Positions 1 through 7,756 of a DNA stretch of 32,239 nt are shown here, piece by piece. The stretch is from positions 1 to 32,239 of the forward strand of contig JBJHAY010000001.1 of the NCBI GenBank assembly GCA_050485205.1, given 5' to 3'. The DNA is from Gammaproteobacteria bacterium (GTDB taxonomy: Bacteria > Pseudomonadota > Gammaproteobacteria > Pseudomonadales > Pseudohongiellaceae). Each line of letters starts with the position of its first letter. The stretch's first letter is position 1. A program made the translations under genes and the position numbers. A model generated the notes under the pieces. The model had not been told where the DNA came from. It did not search any database and saw nothing but the letters and a program-made list of their open reading frames with translations.

Positions 1-184
1 CACTGATGCTGACGCGGGAAAGTCCAGCAATCAACCTTGGTTGTCGAGCCCGCTAATGATGAGGCTATGCAACTTCTGCATCGCCGTGGTTGCCACCACG
101 GAACTTGCCGCATGAAGTCGTTGGATGCTGTCCGTGAACATGCGCGGGTAAGCCGCGGAGGAATGTTGGCTCCTCCATGGAATG

Positions 185-3100
185 TCAATTCTCGTGAATC
201 GGCTGGATGTCGAACGCGAGCTTGTTGCCGTCGATGTCAAATTCCAGAGCCTTGTGGGGGGTGCCAGGAGCGATATGTCTGCACAGCGTTTCGCCGGCAA
301 TATAGTCCCGGTGGCGCTCAATGGCGTCGGCAAGGGCAGTGTCGGCCTCATAGGTCAGACGGATCCGGTCCGCCACATTCAACCCCAACTCCTTGCGGGT
401 CTTCTGAATCCGGTTCACAACTTCCCGTGCCAGCCCCTCTGCAATCAGTTCATCATTCAGGGTGCAGTCCACATCGATGGAAATGAAGCGGTTGGAAACG
501 GCCTCGGTGCCGGGCCTGGCTTCACGGAAGATGAGGATTTCCTCCGGGCTGAAGCTTTCGCCGCCCAGGGGCAGTTGTCCTTCTTCCTGCAAGGCCTTGA
601 GCTGGCGTGAGTCCAGCGCTTCTATCAAGTCCTTGAATTTCTTGAATTCCTTGCCGAGGCGCTTGCCCAGCACCGGGGAATTGGGCTTGGCGAAGAGGTT
701 GATGAAGCGCCCCTCCTCAGTGGAGTATTCGACCCGCTTGACGTTCAACTCACCGGCAATGTAGCCCTCCAGGCGAGCAATTTCATCGAGCATGGCCTGA
801 TCTTCGTGAATGATGGTAAGCCGGGCCAGCGGTACCTTGGTTTTGATCTTGGCCTGATTGCGCTTCTGGCGTCCCAGCAGGATGATGTTCTGCATGCGGG
901 AGACCGCCTGTTCCAGCTTGGGCTGGATCAAGTTTGATTCGGCCTCAGGGTAGCGGCAGAGGTGAGCGGAAACCGGGCGTTCCATCTGTGCCGGAGCAAA
1001 TGCCGCCAGAGCCTGATAAAGGTGTTCGCTCAGGAAGGGCGCGAAGGGTGCCATGACCAGGTTGAGTTCATGCAGGGTCTGATAGAGGGTTTGATAAGCC
1101 GCCTGCTTGTCCGCGCTCATGCCTTCGCCCCAGAAGCGGGAGCGGTTGAGGCGGATATACCAATTGGTCAGATCCTCAATGAACTCGAACAGGGCCGGCA
1201 CCACGTTGTAAAGTTTGTATTGGGCCATTTCCCGGGACACGTTGGCCTTGAGGGATTGCAGACGGGAGATGATCCATTGGTCGGTGATATTGCCTGAGGC
1301 GGTGGGTGCCGCTTCGGCGCGCCAGCCGTCAATCTCGGCATAGGTCTGCAGGAACTTGAAAGAGTTGAGCCAGGGCAGCAGCGCGCGCCGCACCATGTCC
1401 TTGACGCCGCTGTCGGAGAAGCGTTGTTCCTCCGCCTTCACCAGGCCGGAGTTGATCAGGTAGAGGCGCAGGGCATCGGCGCCGTATTCTTCCATCAGCA
1501 CGTCCGGCGGGGTGTAATTCTGCAGGCGCTTGGACATCTTCTTGCCATCCTCGGCCATGACGATGCCGTTGACGATGACATTCTTGAACGAGGGCTTGTC
1601 GTAGAGCGCGGTGCTCAGCACCAGCAGGGTGTAGAACCAGCCGCGGGTCTGGTCCAGTCCCTCGGCGATATATTCGGCAGGGAAGCCGGCCTCGAACAGC
1701 TTCTGATTCTCGAAAGGGTAGTGCAACTGGGCGTAGGGCATGGAGCCGGACTCGAACCAGCAGTCCAGCACCTCCTCCACGCGCCGGTAGGTGCCTTCCT
1801 CGCCGGGAAGCTGGAAGCTGAGGTGGTCCACGTATTCCCGATGCAGATCCTCCACTTTCACACCAGTGTATTGTTTCAGTTCCGCGATGGAGCCCAGGCA
1901 CAGACGCCGGTCGGTCACATCGTTGATCCAGATGGGCAGCGGCGTGCCCCAGTAGCGATTGCGGGAGATACACCAGTCGATGGCATTGGCCAGCCAGTTG
2001 CCCATGCGGCCGTCCTTGATGTGTTCCGGCACCCAGTTGACCTGGGCATTGGCGGCGGCCAGCCGCTCGCGCATCTGCTCCACCTTCACATACCAGGACG
2101 GGATGGTGCGATAGATGATGGGGGTGTCCGAGCGTGGGCAGAAGGGATAGGGGTGGACGATAGTTTCGTGCCGTAGCAGAGTGCCTTCCTCCTTGAGACG
2201 ACGAATGATGAGTTTGTCGGCACTTTTAACGTAGAGGCCGACGAAGTCGGAAACCTCTGCTGTGAATTTACCTTCGAAGTCTACGGGACAAGGCGCGGCA
2301 TTTATTCCGTTATGACGCATTACTCTATAGTCATCCTCACCGAAGGCGGGCGCCAGGTGTACGATGCCGGTGCCGCTTTCGGTGGTAACGTAGTCGTCGG
2401 CAAATACTCGGAAGGCGCCCTCCGATGCAAGGTCCTTGAAATAAGGAAACAGAGGCAAGTAGGACTTACCGGCCAACTCGCTGCCTTTGAATACGCGACG
2501 TTCGGCCAGGGAAAAACCATGAATAGTTTCACCTGCAAGCATCTTCTCTAGGTCTTTACTGTTAACGGGAGACCTATTGAGTGAGTTGGCAACGTAATAC
2601 ACGAGGCCATTTGCCTCGTCCCTTACTTTCAGGTACTCGATATTAGCGTGCACGCAAAGACCGAGGTTGGAAGGCAAAGTCCACGGCGTCGTGGTCCATG
2701 CGGCCATATAAGCGTCTTCATCCTTCAGCTTGAACAGCACGGTGACCGCCGGGTCCTGCACTTCCTGGTAGTTGGAGCCGGCCTCGAAGTTGGAGAGTAC
2801 CGTGCCGAGGGCAGTGGAGAAGGGCACCACCTTGACGCCCTGGTAGATCATGTCCTTTTCCCACAACTGCTTCACCACCCACCACACGGATTCCATGTAC
2901 CAGGGGTCCATGGTCTTGTAGTCGTTGTCGAAATCCACCCAGCGGCCGATGCGGGTGATGGTTTTGCGCCATTCCGCGGTGTAGCGCTGGACGATGCCGC
3001 GGCATTCATCGTTGTAGCCCTTGATGCCCAGTTTTTCCACTGCCTGCTGGGCCGACATGCCCAGTGACTTGTCGATTTCATGTTCGATGGGCAGGCCATG

Positions 3101-3382
3101 GCAGTCCCAGCCGAAGCGGCGCTGCACATAGTAGCCCTTCATGGTGTAGTAGCGGGGCACGATGTCCTTGAGGGTGGAGCCTACGAGATGGCCATGATGA
3201 GGCAGGCCGGTGGCGAAGGGAGGGCCATCGTAGAAGATGAAGGGCTTGCAGTTGCTGGTCTGGGCAAGGGACTGCTGGAAAATCCCTTGGGATTCCCAGA
3301 ATTTCAGCACGTCGTGCTCGGCGGCGACGAAGGAAAAATTGTCACTGCTGCTGGTTTCCACCTGATCTTCTCTGTCTATCAC
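185..3382 (-). CDS. ileS: Isoleucine--tRNA ligase, type 2 (eukaryote-like) IleRS
   Basis: 1065-aa ORF. Class I aaRS motifs are PPFATGLPHHGH (HIGH region, eukaryote-like form), GWDCHGLP and KMSKRL (KMSKS). The C-terminus has no Cys-rich zinc-finger, as expected for type 2. GTG start at 3382 is preceded by GGGAG (3389-3393, minus strand) with a 6-nt spacer. Confidence 0.95.
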   Translation of the reverse strand: MIDREDQVETSSSDNFSFVAAEHDVLKFWESQGIFQQSLAQTSNCKPFIFYDGPPFATGLPHHGHLVGSTLKDIVPRYYTMKGYYVQRRFGWDCHGLPIEHEIDKSLGMSAQQAVEKLGIKGYNDECRGIVQRYTAEWRKTITRIGRWVDFDNDYKTMDPWYMESVWWVVKQLWEKDMIYQGVKVVPFSTALGTVLSNFEAGSNYQEVQDPAVTVLFKLKDEDAYMAAWTTTPWTLPSNLGLCVHANIEYLKVRDEANGLVYYVANSLNRSPVNSKDLEKMLAGETIHGFSLAERRVFKGSELAGKSYLPLFPYFKDLASEGAFRVFADDYVTTESGTGIVHLAPAFGEDDYRVMRHNGINAAPCPVDFEGKFTAEVSDFVGLYVKSADKLIIRRLKEEGTLLRHETIVHPYPFCPRSDTPIIYRTIPSWYVKVEQMRERLAAANAQVNWVPEHIKDGRMGNWLANAIDWCISRNRYWGTPLPIWINDVTDRRLCLGSIAELKQYTGVKVEDLHREYVDHLSFQLPGEEGTYRRVEEVLDCWFESGSMPYAQLHYPFENQKLFEAGFPAEYIAEGLDQTRGWFYTLLVLSTALYDKPSFKNVIVNGIVMAEDGKKMSKRLQNYTPPDVLMEEYGADALRLYLINSGLVKAEEQRFSDSGVKDMVRRALLPWLNSFKFLQTYAEIDGWRAEAAPTASGNITDQWIISRLQSLKANVSREMAQYKLYNVVPALFEFIEDLTNWYIRLNRSRFWGEGMSADKQAAYQTLYQTLHELNLVMAPFAPFLSEHLYQALAAFAPAQMERPVSAHLCRYPEAESNLIQPKLEQAVSRMQNIILLGRQKRNQAKIKTKVPLARLTIIHEDQAMLDEIARLEGYIAGELNVKRVEYSTEEGRFINLFAKPNSPVLGKRLGKEFKKFKDLIEALDSRQLKALQEEGQLPLGGESFSPEEILIFREARPGTEAVSNRFISIDVDCTLNDELIAEGLAREVVNRIQKTRKELGLNVADRIRLTYEADTALADAIERHRDYIAGETLCRHIAPGTPHKALEFDIDGNKLAFDIQPIHEN

Positions 3383-3416
3383 TGCATACTCCCGTTTGAT
3401 CGTTCACTGATTTTCT

Positions 3417-3653
3417 CCCTGTAGGAGCGAGCCCTGCTCGCGACAAAGGCACTGTCATGCAAAGTCTGTGGTATGGGCCGGGCACCGGGGACCTCGTGCA
3501 AAAAACGCCGTGAACCCATCCATGGGGGCTCCGGCAGCGACTTCCTGTCGCTGACGGTTTTTGCACAAGGTCCCCGGCACCCGGCCTGGAGACTTCAGTG
3601 CTGTGGCACTGACCTGATTGTCATTGTCGCGAGCAGGGCTCGCTCCTACAGGG
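3417..3653. repeat. 237-bp nested palindromic element bounded by inverted REP-like units (REP doublet / REPIN- or MITE-like)
   Basis: Perfect 28-bp terminal inverted repeats: ccctgtaggagcgagccctgctcgcgac (3417-3444) and gtcgcgagcagggctcgctcctacaggg (3626-3653). Each arm contains its own gcgagc-cct-gctcgc hairpin. A second inverted pair lies at 3476-3504 / 3558-3586 (26/29 complementary). A central hairpin cagcgac-ttcct-gtcgctg lies at 3535-3553. The arm sequence resembles Pseudomonas-type REP units. Confidence 0.65.
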
Positions 3654-3672
3654 GGGGGGTGGCCCCCATACG

Positions 3673-3699
3673 AAAAAACCCGCCACTGGGCGGGTTTTT
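3673..3699 (-). terminator. Rho-independent terminator (attenuator terminator of the ileS leader; structurally bidirectional)
   Basis: On the minus strand: AAAAA-CCCGCC-CAGU-GGCGGG-UUUUUU, a 6 G/C-bp stem extendable by A-U pairs, a 4-nt loop and a U6 tail. It sits between two divergent genes, 290 nt upstream of the ileS start and directly after the Ile-rich mini-ORF. Confidence 0.8.
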
Positions 3700-3734
3700 C
3701 TGAAGCTCTTGCAAGGAACGCCGTTCAACCCACC
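3689..3734 (-). promoter_or_regulatory. Candidate antiterminator helix of the ileS leader
   Basis: GGUGGGUU (3734-3727, immediately after the mini-ORF stop codon) can pair with AACCCGCC (3696-3689). That is 8 bp with one G-U, and it sequesters the 5' half of the terminator stem. The two structures are mutually exclusive. Confidence 0.45.
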
Positions 3735-3735
3735 T

Positions 3736-3786
3736 TTAGTAGTGTCGAATAATGATGATTATGCGCTTGCCAACGATCCTGAACAT
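3736..3786 (-). CDS. Ile-rich leader peptide MFRIVGKRIIIIIRHY (candidate ileS attenuation leader)
   Basis: Hand translation of the minus strand: ATG TTC AGG ATC GTT GGC AAG CGC ATA ATC ATC ATT ATT CGA CAC TAC TAA. Five consecutive Ile codons use all three Ile codons. Same orientation as ileS, followed by the antiterminator/terminator. An in-frame upstream ATG at 3798 would add MLRA. No clear Shine-Dalgarno sequence, so the start codon is uncertain. Confidence 0.5.
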   Translation of the reverse strand: MFRIVGKRIIIIIRHY

Positions 3787-3794
3787 GGCGCGAA

Positions 3795-3822
3795 GCATTA
3801 GGGATTTACGCCAGGATGTCAA
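3795..3822 (-). promoter_or_regulatory. Candidate sigma70 promoter for the ileS leader
   Basis: Minus strand: perfect TTGACA (3822-3817), 16-nt spacer, TAATGC (3800-3795); alternatively a 17-nt spacer with AATGCT. The predicted start lies at or next to the ATG at 3786, so the leader mRNA would be (near-)leaderless. Sequence-only prediction. Confidence 0.3.
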
Positions 3823-3986
3823 GTCTCTGACTTGGCTTTGCCAATTGAGATAAAGCCCTAAGTTGTGACGAGGGTATGACTCAAGCGCTCACATCGACCT
3901 GTCCAACAACCTTGATCATTATCACCACCTGGCCGACCGGGAATGATAATCTTGGCACCATCTGAATTTGAAACAAGGAGGGCCGG

Positions 3987-5390
3987 ATGGCCATATTGAC
4001 ATTCATTGGCGCGGCGCAGCAGGTAACGGGTTCCTGCTATCTGCTGGAAACCGAGTCGCTGGGCAAGATTCTGCTGGAGTGTGGCATGCACCAGGGCGGA
4101 GATGCCATTGAGCGCATCCAGGATGAAAAATTCCCCTTCAATCCCGCCGACATCAAGTTGCTGATCCTGTCCCATGCTCATCTCGATCATTGTGGCTTGA
4201 TCCCCAAGCTGGTTCATGATGGCTTCGATGGTCCCATCTACTGTACCCGGGGCACGGCGAAATTGTTGCCGGTAATGCTACTGGACGCGGTGGGCCTCTA
4301 TGAGCGCGACCTGGAAATGGAGAATCTGCGGCGCCAGCGCCGCGGCGACAAGCTGCTGAAGCCGGAATATACCCGCCGGGATGTGAGAAAGGCGCTTAAA
4401 CTGTGCCGTGGGGTGTCCTACAAGGAGCCACTGGAACTGGCTCAGGGCGCCAGCCTGAGATTCCATGATGCCGGCCATATCCTGGGGGCAGCCATAGTCG
4501 AGCTGCGGGTCTGGGAGCAAAACGTGGAAAAAACCCTGGTGTTTTCCGGCGATCTTGGCAAGAAGGATTCCGTGCTGATGAACGATCCCACGTTGTTGGA
4601 GCAAGCCGACGTCGTGCTGATGGAAGGCACCTATGGCAACCGTGATCACCGCAGCCTTGATGACACGGTGTTGCAATTGGAGCAAATCCTCAAGGAAACC
4701 TGGGACAAGAAAGGTAATGTGCTGATTCCCGCCTTTGCCGTGGGCCGCACCCAGGAAATCCTGTTTCATCTGGGCAGCCTGCATCAGCAGGGCAGGCTTG
4801 ATGGTTGGCAGGTATTCCTGGACAGTCCCATGGGCATCGAAGTGACAGAAATCTACGACGAGTGCTTACACCTGCTGGACCCTGGCGACGTGGCCAAGCT
4901 CAGCAAGGCCTATGACTCCACCCTGAGGGGTTTCCTGCCTCGGCTACGTTTCACCAAGACCCCGGAGGAGTCCATGGCCATCAACAAAGTGAGTCATGGC
5001 GCCATCATTGTTGCCGGCAGCGGCATGTGCACCGGTGGCCGGATTCGCCACCACATTCGCCAGCGCATCTGGAATCAGCGCAATACCATCATATTTGCCG
5101 GCTTCCAGGCCCGCGGCACCCTGGGACGTATCCTGGTGGATGGCGTCAAACGGGTAAAACTGATGCGAGAAGATGTCGTGGTGAGGGCGCGGGTGGAAAC
5201 GCTTGGCGGCTTCTCCGCCCATGCCGGTCAAAGCGAACTGATCGAATGGATCACCCACTTCAAGTCCTCGCCGAGGGTCATGCTGGTGCACGGTGAACCG
5301 GAATCCCTGGACGCGCTTTCCATGAAGCTGTGGCGGGACAAGGGGCTCAATTCAGAGATTCCCTACATCGGCCAGCGTATTTTTTTCTAG
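3987..5390 (+). CDS. Metallo-beta-lactamase-fold beta-CASP family ribonuclease (RNA-metabolising MBL hydrolase)
   Basis: 467-aa ORF. HxHxDH motif in LILSHAHLDHCGLIP. Length and C-terminal region are typical of beta-CASP/RNA-specificity domain proteins. Strong SD AAGGAGG (3975-3981) lies 5 nt before the ATG. Confidence 0.88.
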   Translation: MAILTFIGAAQQVTGSCYLLETESLGKILLECGMHQGGDAIERIQDEKFPFNPADIKLLILSHAHLDHCGLIPKLVHDGFDGPIYCTRGTAKLLPVMLLDAVGLYERDLEMENLRRQRRGDKLLKPEYTRRDVRKALKLCRGVSYKEPLELAQGASLRFHDAGHILGAAIVELRVWEQNVEKTLVFSGDLGKKDSVLMNDPTLLEQADVVLMEGTYGNRDHRSLDDTVLQLEQILKETWDKKGNVLIPAFAVGRTQEILFHLGSLHQQGRLDGWQVFLDSPMGIEVTEIYDECLHLLDPGDVAKLSKAYDSTLRGFLPRLRFTKTPEESMAINKVSHGAIIVAGSGMCTGGRIRHHIRQRIWNQRNTIIFAGFQARGTLGRILVDGVKRVKLMREDVVVRARVETLGGFSAHAGQSELIEWITHFKSSPRVMLVHGEPESLDALSMKLWRDKGLNSEIPYIGQRIFF

Positions 5391-5481
5391 CCGCCATCTT
5401 CATCTTGGCTGAAACTTTATTCGTCATAATTGCCCCAGGACAAATGGCCTGGGCCTGCTTCTTGCAATACTTGTCCAAGCT

Positions 5482-5518
5482 GGTGCAAGGCCCGCCCTAC
5501 GCGGGCTGGCGGTGCACC
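5482..5518. other. GC-rich imperfect hairpin (REP-like / transcript-stabilising or weak terminator element) downstream of the beta-CASP gene
   Basis: ggtgca...tgcacc forms an outer 6-bp stem. gcccgc-cctac-gcgggc forms an inner 6-bp stem with a 5-nt loop. No U-tract on either strand. It overlaps the first codons of the long malQ ORF call at 5512, which argues for a later malQ start. Confidence 0.35.
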
Positions 5519-5595
5519 AAAACGAGATGCGATGCACTATCATGAAGCGAAGCTCGGACAATTCCAGTGAGCGCCGGACAGGCAAGGGTTTCAGC

Positions 5596-7728
5596 ATGCC
5601 ACCCGCAGTAGACAACGAATGTGCCCCCGAGGCGATGATTTCCCGGGAAAAACTGGAAGCTTGGCTGTCAGTCTGTGGGGTGGCAAGTGGCTTCATAGAT
5701 TTCACCGGCTGTTATGTGCAGACACCCTTGGTGAACCGGGTCAATATCTTGCGGGCACTTGGGCGCATGCCGGATTCCGAGGCAGTTCTTGAACAGTGGC
5801 TGGAATCCCATGAAAAAAGCCGCTGGCAGCGCTGGGTTCCTCCGGTGCTGGTATTGGCCCCTGGAGAAAACCAGGTGGGGCTCGCCAGCCTGGAAGAGGA
5901 GTCTGCCGACTATCTGGCTTGGCGTTTATGTGATGAGTCTGGCCAGCAACGCCAAGGCAATCTGTCAGCGGCGGATTTTCCCATGGTGGAAGAGTATCTG
6001 CTTGATGGTCGCCGTTGGCGTCGTCACATGGTCACTCTCCCAGTGTTGGAGCCGGGCTATTACGAGCTGGTGCTGGAGTCTGGCCAGCGGCTGGAATCCA
6101 GTTTTCTGGTGGTCAGCCCAGAGCGCTGCCACGAAGCGCCATGGGCGCGGGACGGGCAGCGTATTTGGGGCATGGCGGCCCAGCTCTACACCCTCAGGTC
6201 GGACACCAATTGGGGCATTGGCGATTTCAGTGACCTTTTGGGGTTGATTGACGAGGCCGCGGTGGTTGGCGCCGATTTTATCCTGCTGAACCCCCTGCAT
6301 GCGCTTGATTTCAATTATCCGGAGAACTGCAGTCCCTACAGTCCCACTGACCGGCGCTTTCTCAATCCCCTCTATCTGGATCCGGGGGTGGAGCAAGACT
6401 TCCTGCAATCAAGGGACATCAGCCATTGGCACTCAACATCGATTGCAGCGCGGCGTGAAGCTTTGCGGGATCTGGCGGAGGTGGATTATCCAGCGGTATT
6501 CCGCCTGAAATTCGCGGCCTTCGCGGCCATGTACCGCCACTTTACCGAAAACCACCTGCGCCACGACAGCTTGCGGGCGCGGCGCTTCCGTGAGTTTGTC
6601 GATGGCAGCGGGGAAGCGCTGCGAAACTTTGCCAATTTTCACGCCGCGCTGGATCTGCCCCACGTGGAATTTGCAGCAGACCCACAGTTTCATCAGTACT
6701 TGCAATGGCTGGCCCAGGGCGAATTGGCCACCTGTCAGGCCCACGCCAAGGCGAGGGGCATGAAGCTGGGCCTGATTCGTGATCTGGCGGTGGGAGGCGG
6801 CAGTGACAGCTGTGAGGTGGCCACCAACCCTGATCTGTTCTGCCTGGGAGCACGCATTGGTGCGCCGCCCGATCACTTCAATCCCGATGGTCAGAACTGG
6901 GGCTTGCCACCTTTGCATCCCCAGGCTCTGGAGCAAAGCCGCTTTGCTCATTTCATCCAGTTGCTGCGTACCAATATGTTACATTGTGGCGCATTGCGGA
7001 TTGACCATGTGATGGCCCTGATGCGGCTGTGGTGGTGTCCGCTTGACGGGACCAATGCCGCCGGTGCCTATGTGCATTACCCAGTGGATGTGTTGTTCGC
7101 CATCCTCCGATTGGAGAGCCAACGCGCCGGCTGCATGGTCATAGGGGAAGACCTTGGGGTAGTGCCACCGGAGATCAGGTCCCACATTCACGACTCGGCA
7201 GTCTATTCCAACATCATGTTTTACTTTGAAAAGTACGATGTACTGCGCTTCAAGCGACCATCGGACTATACTGTCAAGGCTCTTGCGATCATCGCCAATC
7301 ATGATGTGCCGCCACTGCTGGCTTGGTGGGAGACCCGGGATCTTGTATTACGACATCGACTGGGCCTTATTGCAGACGAGGTGGCGCTGGCCAATGAAAC
7401 AGCTCATCGCGAGCGGGAAAAGGCCGCATTGCTGGATTGGTTGCAGGGCATGGGGCGGCTGCCTGAAAGTTGGCATGACAAACAGACAGGTCGGGCTTTC
7501 GATGAAGATCTGGCGGCCGCCATCATGGGTGCCTGTGCCACGGCCTCTTCGCAACTGCTTTCGGTACAGTTGGATGATTTACTGTTGATGGCCGACCCGG
7601 TGAATATTCCCGGTACCAGCAAGGAATACGGCAATTGGCGCAGGAAGCTGAGAATGTCGGCGCGGCAAGCCTTCGCCAGGCCGCAATTACAATCCATGTT
7701 GCGCGGAGTACGGGAGCAACGGCCTTGA
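5596..7728 (+). CDS. malQ: 4-alpha-glucanotransferase (amylomaltase, GH77)
   Basis: The ORF 5512..7728 shows GH77-type conservation (YSPTDRRFLNPLYLD, GMKLGLIRDLAVG, RIDHVMALMRLWW, VIGEDLGVVP). The start is uncertain: ATG at 5596 (MPPAV..) or 5635 (MISREKLEAW.., GAGG 5 nt upstream) is preferred over 5512, because the 5482-5518 hairpin overlaps 5512. Confidence 0.9.
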   Translation: MPPAVDNECAPEAMISREKLEAWLSVCGVASGFIDFTGCYVQTPLVNRVNILRALGRMPDSEAVLEQWLESHEKSRWQRWVPPVLVLAPGENQVGLASLEEESADYLAWRLCDESGQQRQGNLSAADFPMVEEYLLDGRRWRRHMVTLPVLEPGYYELVLESGQRLESSFLVVSPERCHEAPWARDGQRIWGMAAQLYTLRSDTNWGIGDFSDLLGLIDEAAVVGADFILLNPLHALDFNYPENCSPYSPTDRRFLNPLYLDPGVEQDFLQSRDISHWHSTSIAARREALRDLAEVDYPAVFRLKFAAFAAMYRHFTENHLRHDSLRARRFREFVDGSGEALRNFANFHAALDLPHVEFAADPQFHQYLQWLAQGELATCQAHAKARGMKLGLIRDLAVGGGSDSCEVATNPDLFCLGARIGAPPDHFNPDGQNWGLPPLHPQALEQSRFAHFIQLLRTNMLHCGALRIDHVMALMRLWWCPLDGTNAAGAYVHYPVDVLFAILRLESQRAGCMVIGEDLGVVPPEIRSHIHDSAVYSNIMFYFEKYDVLRFKRPSDYTVKALAIIANHDVPPLLAWWETRDLVLRHRLGLIADEVALANETAHREREKAALLDWLQGMGRLPESWHDKQTGRAFDEDLAAAIMGACATASSQLLSVQLDDLLLMADPVNIPGTSKEYGNWRRKLRMSARQAFARPQLQSMLRGVREQRP

Positions 7729-7756
7729 AAGCCACGCGGACCGATGGCAATGGAGT

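Noticed and set aside
1-184. Region downstream of ileS. It contains several small hairpins (66-80, 84-101, 159-178), a 36-codon minus ORF (31-141), and a possible + strand gene end (an open frame ending with TAA at 54-56).
   Set aside because: The hairpins are short and lack U-tracts. The small ORF has no RBS or recognisable sequence. The + strand fragment is too short (17 codons) to identify, so there is not enough evidence to call any feature.
3473-3703. 76-aa + strand ORF (and the 3342-3566 minus ORF) in the ileS upstream region.
   Set aside because: They lie entirely within the palindromic REP-doublet element and terminator. The ORFs are a by-product of translating inverted repeats (for example ..ASRARSYRGG.. 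is the REP arm).
3858-4217. 119-aa minus-strand ORF overlapping the start of the beta-CASP RNase gene. It could have been the gene ended by the 3673-3699 terminator.
   Set aside because: It ends at 3858, about 160 nt before the terminator, overlaps a well-supported + strand gene and has no family-like sequence. The Ile-rich mini-ORF explains the terminator better.
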